Positions 12,079-21,534 of a stretch of DNA of 64,000 bases are shown here, piece after piece (the first letter of the stretch is position 1; every line of letters starts with the position of its first letter). The stretch lies in the sequence record MK250021.1, one strand, 5' to 3'. The notes beneath the pieces were generated by a model. The model had not been told where the DNA came from and made no database searches. It was given only the letters and a program-made list of their open reading frames with translations. Position numbers and translations under genes: made by a program.

Positions 12079-12982
12079 ATGAAATTCATTAAATTATTTG
12101 ATAATAAAGAATAGTTAGATAATTATGCCAATGGAATTTCACATCGAGATGGTGCATTTATACTATCTGAAAAAAAAAAAAGAGAAACTAAGTATTATTG
12201 ATGAAAGACATCCAGGTCCAAACTGTATTTATGTATAGGATTTAAATATGTCTCCATTATCATTAGAATCAAATTCGTCGAAAGATGTAAAAGTTGGCTC
12301 AATATTATATGTAAACACTAATAATAAGTTAACATTAAATAATGAACCTGGTAATATGGCAATTGCTATATGTGTATGTCCATCAGTTACAGAAGATTTT
12401 GAAGCTGGTAATTCAACAGGTGAAAGTAAAGTAAAAACTGCACGTTTTTGTAGTCTTTACTATATGAATTAGGATATAGTAGGTACTGCTAGTATTAATG
12501 ATACAACAGTATAGTTTAATATGAAAGGATATACTATAGGAAATACATATGGTAATAGATCTAGTACTAGTTATATTGGTGGTAAAAAAAATACATAGAT
12601 ATTAGTAGAAAAATCATCATATTATTATGATACTAAAAGATTATTATGTAATATATCATTTTCTAATATTTATAATGGTGTTTTTCTTGGCTGTAATGCT
12701 GCAGTTTCTGCTGCTGTATATAGTATACGTGGTACAAAAAGAGGTGATTGGTATTTACCATCAGTGGGAGAATTAAAAGAGATGTATAGTAAAATTTCCA
12801 TAATCAATCCTATTAGAAAACAACTAGTTAATGAAGAATACAAAATGTAGGGGCATTATTGGACAAGTTATGAATATAATGCAGACAATGAATCTGCAAT
12901 ATTATTCACCAATGGTGCTATAACATATGCTGATAAAAAAATGAGTAAAAGAGTAATACCATTTTTAGCAGTTTCTATATAA
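12079..12982 (+). pseudogene. DUF1566/Lcl-like (C-type lectin fold) protein, frameshifted at an A12 run
   Basis: GDWYLPSVGELKEMY...HYWTS motif; 5 TAG; removing one A at 12170-12181 joins ATG 12079 to TAA 12980-12982. Confidence 0.6.
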
Positions 12983-12987
12983 AATAT

Positions 12988-13022
12988 TAAGGTGATAATA
13001 TTTTTGAAATATTATCACCTTA
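12988..13022. terminator. Bidirectional intrinsic terminator
   Basis: TAAGGTGATAATATTT / AAATATTATCACCTTA inverted repeat between convergent genes. Confidence 0.75.
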
Positions 13023-13028
13023 TTTAAT

Positions 13029-13709
13029 TTACTTCTTATATAAAATATTATCAATCATTCCTTTAGAACCATATGATTTTGCTTCTTCTGCTGTCATCCA
13101 AAAATCTCTATCTGCATCAGATTTAATTTTTTTCATTGTTTGCCCAGAATGATTTGCAATAATATCATAAAGTTCTGTTTTTAACTTATTTATTTCTTTA
13201 CATGTAATTTCTATATCACTTGCTTGGGTATGATCTCCAGTAGATGACATAGGTTGGTGAATCATTACACGTGAATGTGGTAATGCGTATCTCTTTCCTT
13301 CAGTTCCTGCACAAAGTAATATACTAGCCATACTAGCTGCCATACCGGCACATATAGTAGATACATCAGACCTTATAAATTGCATTGTATCATATATCTC
13401 TAATCCTGAATATACATCACCACCTGGTGAATTAATATAAATAGAAATATCAGTATTATCTACATTATCAAGATATAATAATTGAGATGTAATAATATTA
13501 GCACTTTCTGCTGTTACAGGATTACCTAAGAAAATAATTCTATCCATCATCAATCTTGAGAATACATCCATTTGTGATACGTTAAGTTGTCGTTCCTCAA
13601 GTATAGTAGGATTTTGATAACCCATATTTATACCATTCATATAATCATGTAAGTAAAGACTACTTACATTTCTTGAATTCATAAACTTTTCAAAATCAGT
13701 TTTAATCAT
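13029..13709 (-). CDS. clpP: ATP-dependent Clp protease proteolytic subunit
   Basis: DVFSRLMMDRIIFL, YINSPGG, MAASMAS (catalytic Ser), RVMIHQP (His), RDFWMTAEEA. Confidence 0.97.
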   Translation of the reverse strand: MIKTDFEKFMNSRNVSSLYLHDYMNGINMGYQNPTILEERQLNVSQMDVFSRLMMDRIIFLGNPVTAESANIITSQLLYLDNVDNTDISIYINSPGGDVYSGLEIYDTMQFIRSDVSTICAGMAASMASILLCAGTEGKRYALPHSRVMIHQPMSSTGDHTQASDIEITCKEINKLKTELYDIIANHSGQTMKKIKSDADRDFWMTAEEAKSYGSKGMIDNILYKK

Positions 13710-14202
13710 CTATATTATAGTATTTCTTTCTAAAACATTTTTTTAGTAATGATACAACATGAATATTAGGAAATTCACAAGGATTATTAGGATTTGTTTC
13801 ATTATAAATATCGGGATAACAATCTAATATAAATTTAACAACTCCTTGAGATCTAGATACTCCAGCTGAACAATGAACATAAATATCTTTTCCTAAATTA
13901 TTCTCTATAAAATTAAATAATTCATTTGCTTGATTATCTGTTAATCCTTTAATTGAATTTGCATATTTAATTTCATCTTCTGTTATATCATCTCCATATG
14001 CATATAATAAATTATAATCTGTAATATCATAAAAGTCTAAATTAATAACATTATCTCTTGATTTAAATATATGATATTCATCTTTTGCATTTGGTTCACA
14101 TATAGATATTATTGCTATATTATCTGGTAATGTATTGTTATCCCATTTATTTTTATTCATTAACGATTTAAATCCGTCAAATCCTGTACACCAAATTTTC
14201 AT
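13702..14202 (-). CDS. Dual-specificity/protein-tyrosine phosphatase-like protein
   Basis: VHCSAGVSRS CX5R active-site loop. Confidence 0.85.
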   Translation of the reverse strand: MKIWCTGFDGFKSLMNKNKWDNNTLPDNIAIISICEPNAKDEYHIFKSRDNVINLDFYDITDYNLLYAYGDDITEDEIKYANSIKGLTDNQANELFNFIENNLGKDIYVHCSAGVSRSQGVVKFILDCYPDIYNETNPNNPCEFPNIHVVSLLKKCFRKKYYNIDD

Positions 14203-14837
14203 AATTTACTTAATTGAATTTCTAATTCATGTATATGTGATAATTCTTTATCTATCTCATCATTTAAATAATCTATTCTATCTTGTGATTTTTTAATTAA
14301 ACGTTTAAGTTCATCTGATAATATATTATTTTCATCAAAATAATTTGAAATAATTTTTTTAATATTATCTATTCCGTTAACAAATGTTTTAAATTCATCA
14401 TCTGTTAATTTAAAAGAAATTTGATTATTTAAATTATAAACATATATTTTTTCTTTTAATGATTTACATTCTTTTAAAAAGAGTTCTATATTTTCATCTA
14501 TTATAAAATCTAAATCATAATCAGTAAATTTGACAAAAGTATTAATTTCAAAATTATCATACTTTGGATTAATAAATACGTCGTTAAATATATAATTTAC
14601 ATAATAGAATAAATCAACTCCATAAATATCATGAAACGAATCTGTATGACATACTATAAAATCTCCTAATTTCATATTAGAAAAATATCCATAATCGAAA
14701 TCAAATATTTTTATTGTTCTATTTAATAAATCAATTGGTATATTATCTTTTAAAATTTTAGGAAAATCATTTTCATCAGGACATTCTAATAATTTATGAA
14801 TATCCTGATATATGTTTTTTAATTTCTCATATTCCAT
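14199..14837 (-). CDS. Hypothetical protein, 212 aa
   Basis: Intact ORF overlapping its neighbours' stop/start codons. Confidence 0.7.
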   Translation of the reverse strand: MEYEKLKNIYQDIHKLLECPDENDFPKILKDNIPIDLLNRTIKIFDFDYGYFSNMKLGDFIVCHTDSFHDIYGVDLFYYVNYIFNDVFINPKYDNFEINTFVKFTDYDLDFIIDENIELFLKECKSLKEKIYVYNLNNQISFKLTDDEFKTFVNGIDNIKKIISNYFDENNILSDELKRLIKKSQDRIDYLNDEIDKELSHIHELEIQLSKL

Positions 14838-14839
14838 AT

Positions 14840-15529
14840 TTAAATAAACTTTTTAATATATTTTAATGTATCATGAATATCTTGAGAAAACTTAAACAAT
14901 GCTTCCTTTGTTTTAAGATTAATATCTTTATATAGTTGTTCTTTCGTTTCAAACCCTATAGCATCATCTGATTTCATCCATGATTTCTGTATAACTGCAG
15001 TATGCCTATTACTATCATTAATAGTAATATTATCCCAATTATTACCATATATATTAATTTCTGTATATACAATAGTTACTCTATTATTAATAATATTTAC
15101 ATCTTCTAACATAATATAAGTATCATTAATATTATAATCAAAACCACATGGTTCTACACCATATGTTATATCTTTATAAAAATCATTATCTACTTTTCGC
15201 ATAACTTTACCAGTATCTAAATAATTATGCTGAATAAAATCACGTAATTCAATATTATATTGAGATATAAAATTACCGCATGGACATTGTTCAGTCAAAA
15301 ATATTTGCATATTATATGGTAAATATCTAAAATCTTCATTATTAACATTTAAATAACGACGTTTTACTAATTTAAATGTATAATCAATATTATTGATATT
15401 AATAGTTACTTCTTCCTTTGCACAAAAATCTTGATATGTATGCAACTTATTTAAAAGACGTTTAAATAATGTAGCAACTCTATCACAACCTAAATCATTT
15501 ACTGAAATATCATATACTTCAAAATTCAT
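14840..15529 (-). CDS. Hypothetical protein, 229 aa
   Basis: Intact ORF. Confidence 0.7.
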   Translation of the reverse strand: MNFEVYDISVNDLGCDRVATLFKRLLNKLHTYQDFCAKEEVTININNIDYTFKLVKRRYLNVNNEDFRYLPYNMQIFLTEQCPCGNFISQYNIELRDFIQHNYLDTGKVMRKVDNDFYKDITYGVEPCGFDYNINDTYIMLEDVNIINNRVTIVYTEINIYGNNWDNITINDSNRHTAVIQKSWMKSDDAIGFETKEQLYKDINLKTKEALFKFSQDIHDTLKYIKKFI

Positions 15530-15563
15530 AGTTATATTATTTTTTAATTAAACATTCTATTAA

Positions 15564-15576
15564 TACAAAGATACAT
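15564..15576 (-). promoter_or_regulatory. Class I promoter
   Basis: TACAAAGATACAT on +; heads the operon ending in clpP. Confidence 0.7.
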
Positions 15577-15647
15577 AAAATTATTAAAAATAAAAAATAG
15601 TAATTAAGAAAACTAATATTAAATTTCTTAATTACTATATATTTTAA

Positions 15648-15854
15648 TTACTTTGATGACGAGCTAGATGATGATGGAAATAATAATTTAGCAACTGTCA
15701 TCAAACACAATGCATGAATATATGTAATTGTTGGTAAACCAAATAAATATGGCATAACATAATTCCAACAAATCATAAATATAATTGCACCTAAAATAAT
15801 AAATATAATTGCAACTAAAATAGTTACAATTGATGTCCATATAAAAGTTTTCAT
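15648..15854 (-). CDS. Small membrane protein, 68 aa
   Basis: Two hydrophobic helices. Confidence 0.7.
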   Translation of the reverse strand: MKTFIWTSIVTILVAIIFIILGAIIFMICWNYVMPYLFGLPTITYIHALCLMTVAKLLFPSSSSSSSK

Positions 15855-15950
15855 ATAATTTATTTACTTGTAATTAATGCAAATAGAATATTTGATAATA
15901 CATTAAATCTAAACTTCTTTTTTGCATATCTACCTTTATTTTTTATTTGT

Positions 15951-16175
15951 TCATACTTCATTATTTCTATTATTATAATAATTAATCAAATCAACTTTCA
16001 TTTCTTTATTAAATTGATTATTTCTTTTTCTATTTCTAATAACTCTATCTTCTGCTATTTCACAATTATAACGTTTCCATTTATTTAAAATAGAACGTCT
16101 ATACTTTGGTTTAATTTTATCTTTATTATCATGCATATAATCATATACAGCTTGTTCTTTAAAATTATTACTCAT
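15951..16175 (-). CDS. Hypothetical basic protein, 74 aa
   Basis: Intact ORF. Confidence 0.6.
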   Translation of the reverse strand: MSNNFKEQAVYDYMHDNKDKIKPKYRRSILNKWKRYNCEIAEDRVIRNRKRNNQFNKEMKVDLINYYNNRNNEV

Positions 16176-16209
16176 AGTATATTTTATAAAGATATTTTAT
16201 TTTCAAAAT

Positions 16210-17055
16210 AATAAAAAATAAACATCAAAATTGTGGTTCTAAATCTTACTGCTACTTACTAAGACTACAATTTTGATGTTTATAAAAGCAATCATTCATT
16301 ATCCTGCAGCATCCATATTAGTATAAGTTTCATTGCAATAGAACTTTACAACTATAGTGATAATCCACTTATACATTCTTTTACTCTAAAGTCTTTTATA
16401 TAACTTTATCATACATAATATATGTACTGTCCATCAATAAAAGGTTCTTTATTTCATCATGGTTTTATATCGTATAAACAACCCTCTGTATATCACTGAT
16501 TCATTTCTTTACATTTAGAAATCAGGGTCTTTAAGCCTCAACGTTTGGCTGTAACTATTATCCTCAACCATTACCAGATAATGTCATCTTGTTTTTGTGG
16601 TGCATCTCACATACCTCCTTTAATCATAAAACAAGCAAAACTACTAAGACAAATAACGTTTCTTAGAACTTCTACGAATTTACGCTCATATCAAATCATC
16701 ATCTGATATAGACACCTAAATTAAGTGAATAAAGTTTACGACTCAATATAAAATTTTATATCTCAACCTTTATCAAAAACGATTCATTAAATTCTTTTAA
16801 GGAACTTATTTCTAATTAAATGAAGGATTCATTTAAAATAGGTTCTCCCGAAAACATGCGGTTTATCCTTACTCATTATAATTATAATAAGCGTTGTTTA
16901 TAGCACTCATTAGAATTCATTATGTATTATCTAACTCTCATTTATAATATTCATAATTTATATGATATTAAAAGCAAAATGTCTAATATCATATTATAAA
17001 TTATTTGTCTCGTTAGATATTATCAAAATTTCAAAGATCTCTTCATTGTTATTTT
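16210..17055 (-). ncRNA. Candidate large structured ncRNA (~840 nt), family unassigned
   Basis: No track ORF and only very short ATG-started minus-strand ORFs even with TAG=Gln; class I promoter at 17064; many hairpins; long terminal stem plus T tract at 16213-16283. Confidence 0.6.
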
Positions 17056-17063
17056 ATTAACAA

Positions 17064-17075
17064 TACAAAGATACA
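17064..17075 (-). promoter_or_regulatory. Class I promoter
   Basis: TACAAAGATACA; followed by no ORF, only the candidate ncRNA. Confidence 0.7.
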
Positions 17076-17125
17076 CATTCTTTTTTAATAAAAAAAATAT
17101 TCTAAGAAAAAATTAAAAATATTTT

Positions 17126-17926
17126 TTATCTTACAAAACATGTTGCATATCCATGTTCAACCTTAATAAATAATACTTCACCATTTAACCACAATTTATC
17201 AAATGGCGTTTTATCACCATTTTCTTGCATATCTTTATGTTCATCAATAGCATATTTCTCAATGTCATCAATACTACCTTTATAATAATTCTTTATGTTA
17301 TCAGATTCAAGATATGCAATTCGCGACTTACATTCGTCAAGAAGTTCTTCAAATACAGGAACAGATTTATTACAAAATCTGTCATACTCATTCTGAAAAT
17401 TAATATTAGATGAACAAATACCATTTGTAATAATACGAGATACATTTTCAAGTTTCTCTAGATTATCAAGGTCTACATAAAAATCATCGCATGTAATATC
17501 ATTATCTTTATACATACCAATAACATGAACTTTTGCATTCCATAATTCACACCATTTATTTGCACCATCTTCTATAAGCTGTCCAAAATCATTATCATGA
17601 AAATCAAACATAATCATGAAATTTTTATCAACCTTAATATCACTAGTTTCATATGGATCACCTTTATACTTATGACCATCATAAAGACCTGTAAGATATG
17701 AAGAACGACTTATCCTTAAAATCTCTTTCAAACAAAAATCCTTAATTTTTTTATATTCTTCATCATTTAGATTATCAGTTCCATCAAGCAAATCTAATAC
17801 TGAGTCATAATATTTTTCTTCATTTTTTACATAGTCATAAGACATATCTACAAATGGCTTGCCGAACATACGAATTTCAGATTTATTCATATCTTCTTGC
17901 ATCTTCTTAAGATCTATTTCTTTCAT
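17126..17926 (-). CDS. Hypothetical protein, 266 aa
   Basis: Intact ORF. Confidence 0.7.
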   Translation of the reverse strand: MKEIDLKKMQEDMNKSEIRMFGKPFVDMSYDYVKNEEKYYDSVLDLLDGTDNLNDEEYKKIKDFCLKEILRISRSSYLTGLYDGHKYKGDPYETSDIKVDKNFMIMFDFHDNDFGQLIEDGANKWCELWNAKVHVIGMYKDNDITCDDFYVDLDNLEKLENVSRIITNGICSSNINFQNEYDRFCNKSVPVFEELLDECKSRIAYLESDNIKNYYKGSIDDIEKYAIDEHKDMQENGDKTPFDKLWLNGEVLFIKVEHGYATCFVR

Positions 17927-17939
17927 ATTTCTTAATTAT

Positions 17940-18881
17940 TTACATTGTTCCATCATTAGGTTGCAAACACATAATTCCACGTTCTCGCCACATCTTAACC
18001 ACTTTAGAAGAATCTTCCAATACAAACAATACATTATAATAAGGTTCAATATATTCCTTATATAAATTATATTTACAATCTGGACCCTTTGTAAAATTCT
18101 TCAAAGGTCTCATTAACACCTTATCAACATTACCAATAAGGTTATTCTTCAACCAATCTTCTGTTGCATGTCTAATATCGTCTGTATCTTCTCTACCTGT
18201 CAATATAATGACATCCACTGATTTATCGGCAATATATGTATTAACAAGTTGGCAAAGTTGCTTACATGGTTTATCATCCCTCATGCTATCAGCAGCACCA
18301 TTACCATAAAATGGCCGACCTTGAAGATTAAAACAAAGTGTAGCATCCATATCTACAAGAATACAATTCTTCTTCGTTTCATCAAACTTCTTAAAGCTAT
18401 TATATTGCTTATTATTAAGTTGTGTAGCAATAAAGTTTCTATATCGCCTATAAGTAGATTTGATAACGGATTCACCTATAGGATTAGATCTAAATGAATC
18501 TCTTCTAATACATTCCTCTACCGATACATCAAAGAAATCCTTAAATTCCAATGTATAATGATACTCATTATGTGTCTCATTATACTTATCAATTCTATCT
18601 TGCATTTCTTTCCATCCCTTTGGATTCAGGTTCATATTATCCATAATGATATTCCAACCTTTTTCCATAGGTGATTTAAAAAATGCATCTGTCATATCTT
18701 TAATAACAGAAAGTTTCTCACGTGATTCTACCCAATACTCACCGAACATGTTTCTAAGAGAATCCCAATTAATTCTAATTCTCTCAGTTGGTTTCTCCTT
18801 TACCCAATGTTCAGCGAATGTAGACTTACCAGACGCTTGAATACCTCTTGTCAATATAATTACCCTTTCTTTCATATTCAT
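17940..18881 (-). CDS. pseT: Polynucleotide 5'-kinase/3'-phosphatase (T4 PseT-like)
   Basis: P-loop GIQASGKST, RINWDSLR, HAD motifs DMDATLC, LTGRE, FVLED. Confidence 0.93.
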   Translation of the reverse strand: MNMKERVIILTRGIQASGKSTFAEHWVKEKPTERIRINWDSLRNMFGEYWVESREKLSVIKDMTDAFFKSPMEKGWNIIMDNMNLNPKGWKEMQDRIDKYNETHNEYHYTLEFKDFFDVSVEECIRRDSFRSNPIGESVIKSTYRRYRNFIATQLNNKQYNSFKKFDETKKNCILVDMDATLCFNLQGRPFYGNGAADSMRDDKPCKQLCQLVNTYIADKSVDVIILTGREDTDDIRHATEDWLKNNLIGNVDKVLMRPLKNFTKGPDCKYNLYKEYIEPYYNVLFVLEDSSKVVKMWRERGIMCLQPNDGTM

Positions 18882-18899
18882 ATTTTATTTAATTAGCAA

Positions 18900-18912
18900 T
18901 ACAAAGATACAT
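18900..18912 (-). promoter_or_regulatory. Class I promoter
   Basis: TACAAAGATACAT upstream of pseT. Confidence 0.7.
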
Positions 18913-19051
18913 AATTTTTAGGAAAATAAAAAATTAATTATTATCAAATACTATATTTTCAACAAAATTAAGTTTCTTATAATTTCTATTCTTTGAATAC
19001 TTATCGATTATTTTTAAAAAATCGACCATAAATCTATAATCAAATTCTGGT

Positions 19052-19270
19052 TTATTCATCTTTTAACATCATTGCAAGAATAACAGATTTCATACATGTC
19101 ATATATCCTTTAAGATACATATCTTTCAACATCAACCAAATTCTTTCAAATTCATCTGGTATCTTTTCACTTGTATCATCAGATATATTAGAGTTACCGA
19201 CAATAGTTTTAAGCTCTCGCCGTGCTTGATAATCAGCCATTGCATTTAATTTATTCTTATTAAATTCCAT
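19052..19270 (-). CDS. Hypothetical protein, 72 aa
   Basis: Intact ORF. Confidence 0.65.
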   Translation of the reverse strand: MEFNKNKLNAMADYQARRELKTIVGNSNISDDTSEKIPDEFERIWLMLKDMYLKGYMTCMKSVILAMMLKDE

Positions 19271-19273
19271 ATT

Positions 19274-19903
19274 TTATTTAGATTTTAATCCTAAACAATA
19301 TTCTTTATTAATATTATCAATAAAAGAATTAATTCTAATTCTTAGTAATTCTGATTCTTCTTCAAATTCCTTAATTTTATCAATGTCTTTTTTAATATCA
19401 TCTATATTATGATTTAACAAATATTCATACGTATTAGGTTTAGATACTTTAAAATAATAAATATCTTCATTCATAATATTATTATGATTTAAAGCACATA
19501 ATAAATGATAAGATTCCTCATTTGCAGATGAACCATGATAACCATATCCATCACTTTCAAAATATATACATAATGGTCCATAACTATAATGTCCACCTGG
19601 ATATACAGTTGTTCTTAATGAGTTAATATGAAATGATTTACATATATTATATTTCTTATCTAAATAATCATTCAATAACTTATTAATACTCATCATTTGA
19701 AGATCTAATAATCTATCTAAATTTATATCATTATTCTTACTTATATATACACTGGAAACTTCTTTTACAACTGAATCAATATCTAATTCATAATTCTCGT
19801 CTGTATATAAATGAAGAATACAAAGAAATAATCTATGTATATATTCTTTCTTATCGTAATTTATATATGCAGTTTTTAATTTTTCTACATAATCATCTGT
19901 CAC
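19274..19903 (-). CDS. Hypothetical protein, 209 aa
   Basis: Intact ORF (GTG start). Confidence 0.7.
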   Translation of the reverse strand: MTDDYVEKLKTAYINYDKKEYIHRLFLCILHLYTDENYELDIDSVVKEVSSVYISKNNDINLDRLLDLQMMSINKLLNDYLDKKYNICKSFHINSLRTTVYPGGHYSYGPLCIYFESDGYGYHGSSANEESYHLLCALNHNNIMNEDIYYFKVSKPNTYEYLLNHNIDDIKKDIDKIKEFEEESELLRIRINSFIDNINKEYCLGLKSK

Positions 19904-19965
19904 CTTCTTATTGATGTTATATTCGATATTCTTTATAAATTCTTTTTGCTCATTCTATGTCATAA

Positions 19966-20163
19966 TCATTGCTCTTTTATTTTTCTTAAAATAAATTTAG
20001 GTTCTTGATAATAAAAATAATCTATTGTTTTATCATCTATAATGTTCAAATTATATAATGCTTGTGAAAACCTAATATCCTTATATGTCGTAAGATACTT
20101 CTTTAATATATCTAATATTTCCATATTAGCATTGTATCTCTCAAATGTTTCTTTAGTTTCCAT
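19966..20163 (-). CDS. Hypothetical protein, 65 aa
   Basis: Intact ORF. Confidence 0.6.
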   Translation of the reverse strand: METKETFERYNANMEILDILKKYLTTYKDIRFSQALYNLNIIDDKTIDYFYYQEPKFILRKIKEQ

Positions 20164-20561
20164 TAGAATAACGGATTAATTTTTATCTCGTTTGTTTTAC
20201 TATATTCTTGTACATCTAAATTCAATGTTTCATTTAGCCAATCAGCAATTAAATGTCTGTGACAAAATTCATCTGGTTTTTCAAAACAACATAAAGCACA
20301 ATCTTTATTACCTGTTATAAACTTTAATCTATCTATAAATAAAGTTGGTTCTTTAAATATAGATAAAACTTCAGCTTTATATCGTTTTCTAAACTCTTGA
20401 TGATTGCTTCTACAATTATTCAATATATCTGGTGTAGGTGCGATACTTGCTAAGTTAACCCCTTTGAAATCATTTGGCGGATAACAACACACACCTATAG
20501 GAATAATATTATTCTTTATAAGATTATTAATATTACCAAAATAGCTTGTATATATTTTCAT
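20163..20561 (-). CDS. DUF488-like protein
   Basis: MKIYTSYF start and LCCFEKPDEFCHRHLIADWL motif. Confidence 0.7.
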   Translation of the reverse strand: MKIYTSYFGNINNLIKNNIIPIGVCCYPPNDFKGVNLASIAPTPDILNNCRSNHQEFRKRYKAEVLSIFKEPTLFIDRLKFITGNKDCALCCFEKPDEFCHRHLIADWLNETLNLDVQEYSKTNEIKINPLF

Positions 20562-20770
20562 ACACGAAATAAACTATATATTTCATTATAAGTTTCTTTT
20601 GATATTGGATATGATACTATATTACAATATTCTCCGAAATTCTGATCAACATCTACCATATAACCTTGTTTATATGTATCATAATAGCATCTTACTATAT
20701 GTGAAACATTAACTAAACCTGAATATGTATCAATAAATTTATTATAATTTTTATTTTTTAACTTAATCAT
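20558..20770 (-). CDS. Hypothetical protein, 70 aa (MIKLKNK...)
   Basis: Start moved to ATG 20770 because the track's upstream extension overlaps the + strand gene. Confidence 0.6.
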   Translation of the reverse strand: MIKLKNKNYNKFIDTYSGLVNVSHIVRCYYDTYKQGYMVDVDQNFGEYCNIVSYPISKETYNEIYSLFRV

Positions 20771-20829
20771 AATACTAAAACTATATAACTTAATGTTTAT
20801 ATAATATATAAATGTTTTTGTTTTATTTA

Positions 20830-21153
20830 ATGGGAGGTTTTGTTTATTTAATTTGCGATCCTGAATAGAATTGTTATAAAATAGGTGTAACAAGGAATAT
20901 AGCATAGAATAGATTAAAGTAGTTATAGACTGGTAACTCATCAAAATTACATATGGTTTCAAATATATATTGTGAATATCCTTTTAGACTTGAAACAATG
21001 TTACATAATAAATTCAATCATAAACGTGCAAATGGTGAATGGTTCTATTTAGAATAGGAAGATATAAGTAATTTTAAAACTATATGTGAAGAAACAATAT
21101 AGATGATTAATGTAATGAAAGATAATCCATTCTTTAGTAAAGATTTAAAATGA
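20830..21153 (+). CDS. GIY-YIG nuclease, T5orf172/MUG113-like, 107 aa (6 TAG), absent from the track
   Basis: GFVYLI...YKIGVT...RLK*L*TGN...LH...R..GEWF; both TAG fall on the conserved Gln of RLKQLQTGN. Confidence 0.85.
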
Positions 21154-21154
21154 A

Positions 21155-21196
21155 TAAAGGTGATATAAGAATAATAAAACTTATATCACCTTTATT
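21155..21196. terminator. Bidirectional intrinsic terminator
   Basis: ATAAAGGTGATATAAG / CTTATATCACCTTTAT inverted repeat. Confidence 0.75.
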
Positions 21197-21197
21197 T

Positions 21198-21473
21198 TTA
21201 ATTATCGTTCTTTTCTAATTCCTTATTAATATAATCCATATCTTCATCTGTTAAATCGCCAAATGATGTGAATAAATCTTTATTAATAAGTCCATATCTC
21301 ATAAGATATGCTAATGTCATTCTTACAGCATAATCTGCAATATCATAAGTTGTTGTAACTTCTAAATTTTGTAAATCTGGATTATTACCAACTACATTAG
21401 AAACTTTATCAACAATCTTATCACATGTTTTTTTCATTGAATTTAATTCATTATTTGTTAATTTGGTACTCAT
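21198..21473 (-). CDS. Hypothetical protein, 91 aa
   Basis: Probable start MSTKLTNN at 21473; the longer track start lies inside the upstream terminator. Confidence 0.6.
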   Translation of the reverse strand: MSTKLTNNELNSMKKTCDKIVDKVSNVVGNNPDLQNLEVTTTYDIADYAVRMTLAYLMRYGLINKDLFTSFGDLTDEDMDYINKELEKNDN

Positions 21474-21534
21474 AATATCATTAAATAATTTAATTATTAT
21501 ATTACAACGATATGCATAAAGTTTAGAAATAAAA

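Noticed and set aside
12079-12982. Diversity-generating retroelement at the DUF1566-like gene
   Set aside because: No reverse transcriptase or template/variable repeat pair in this window
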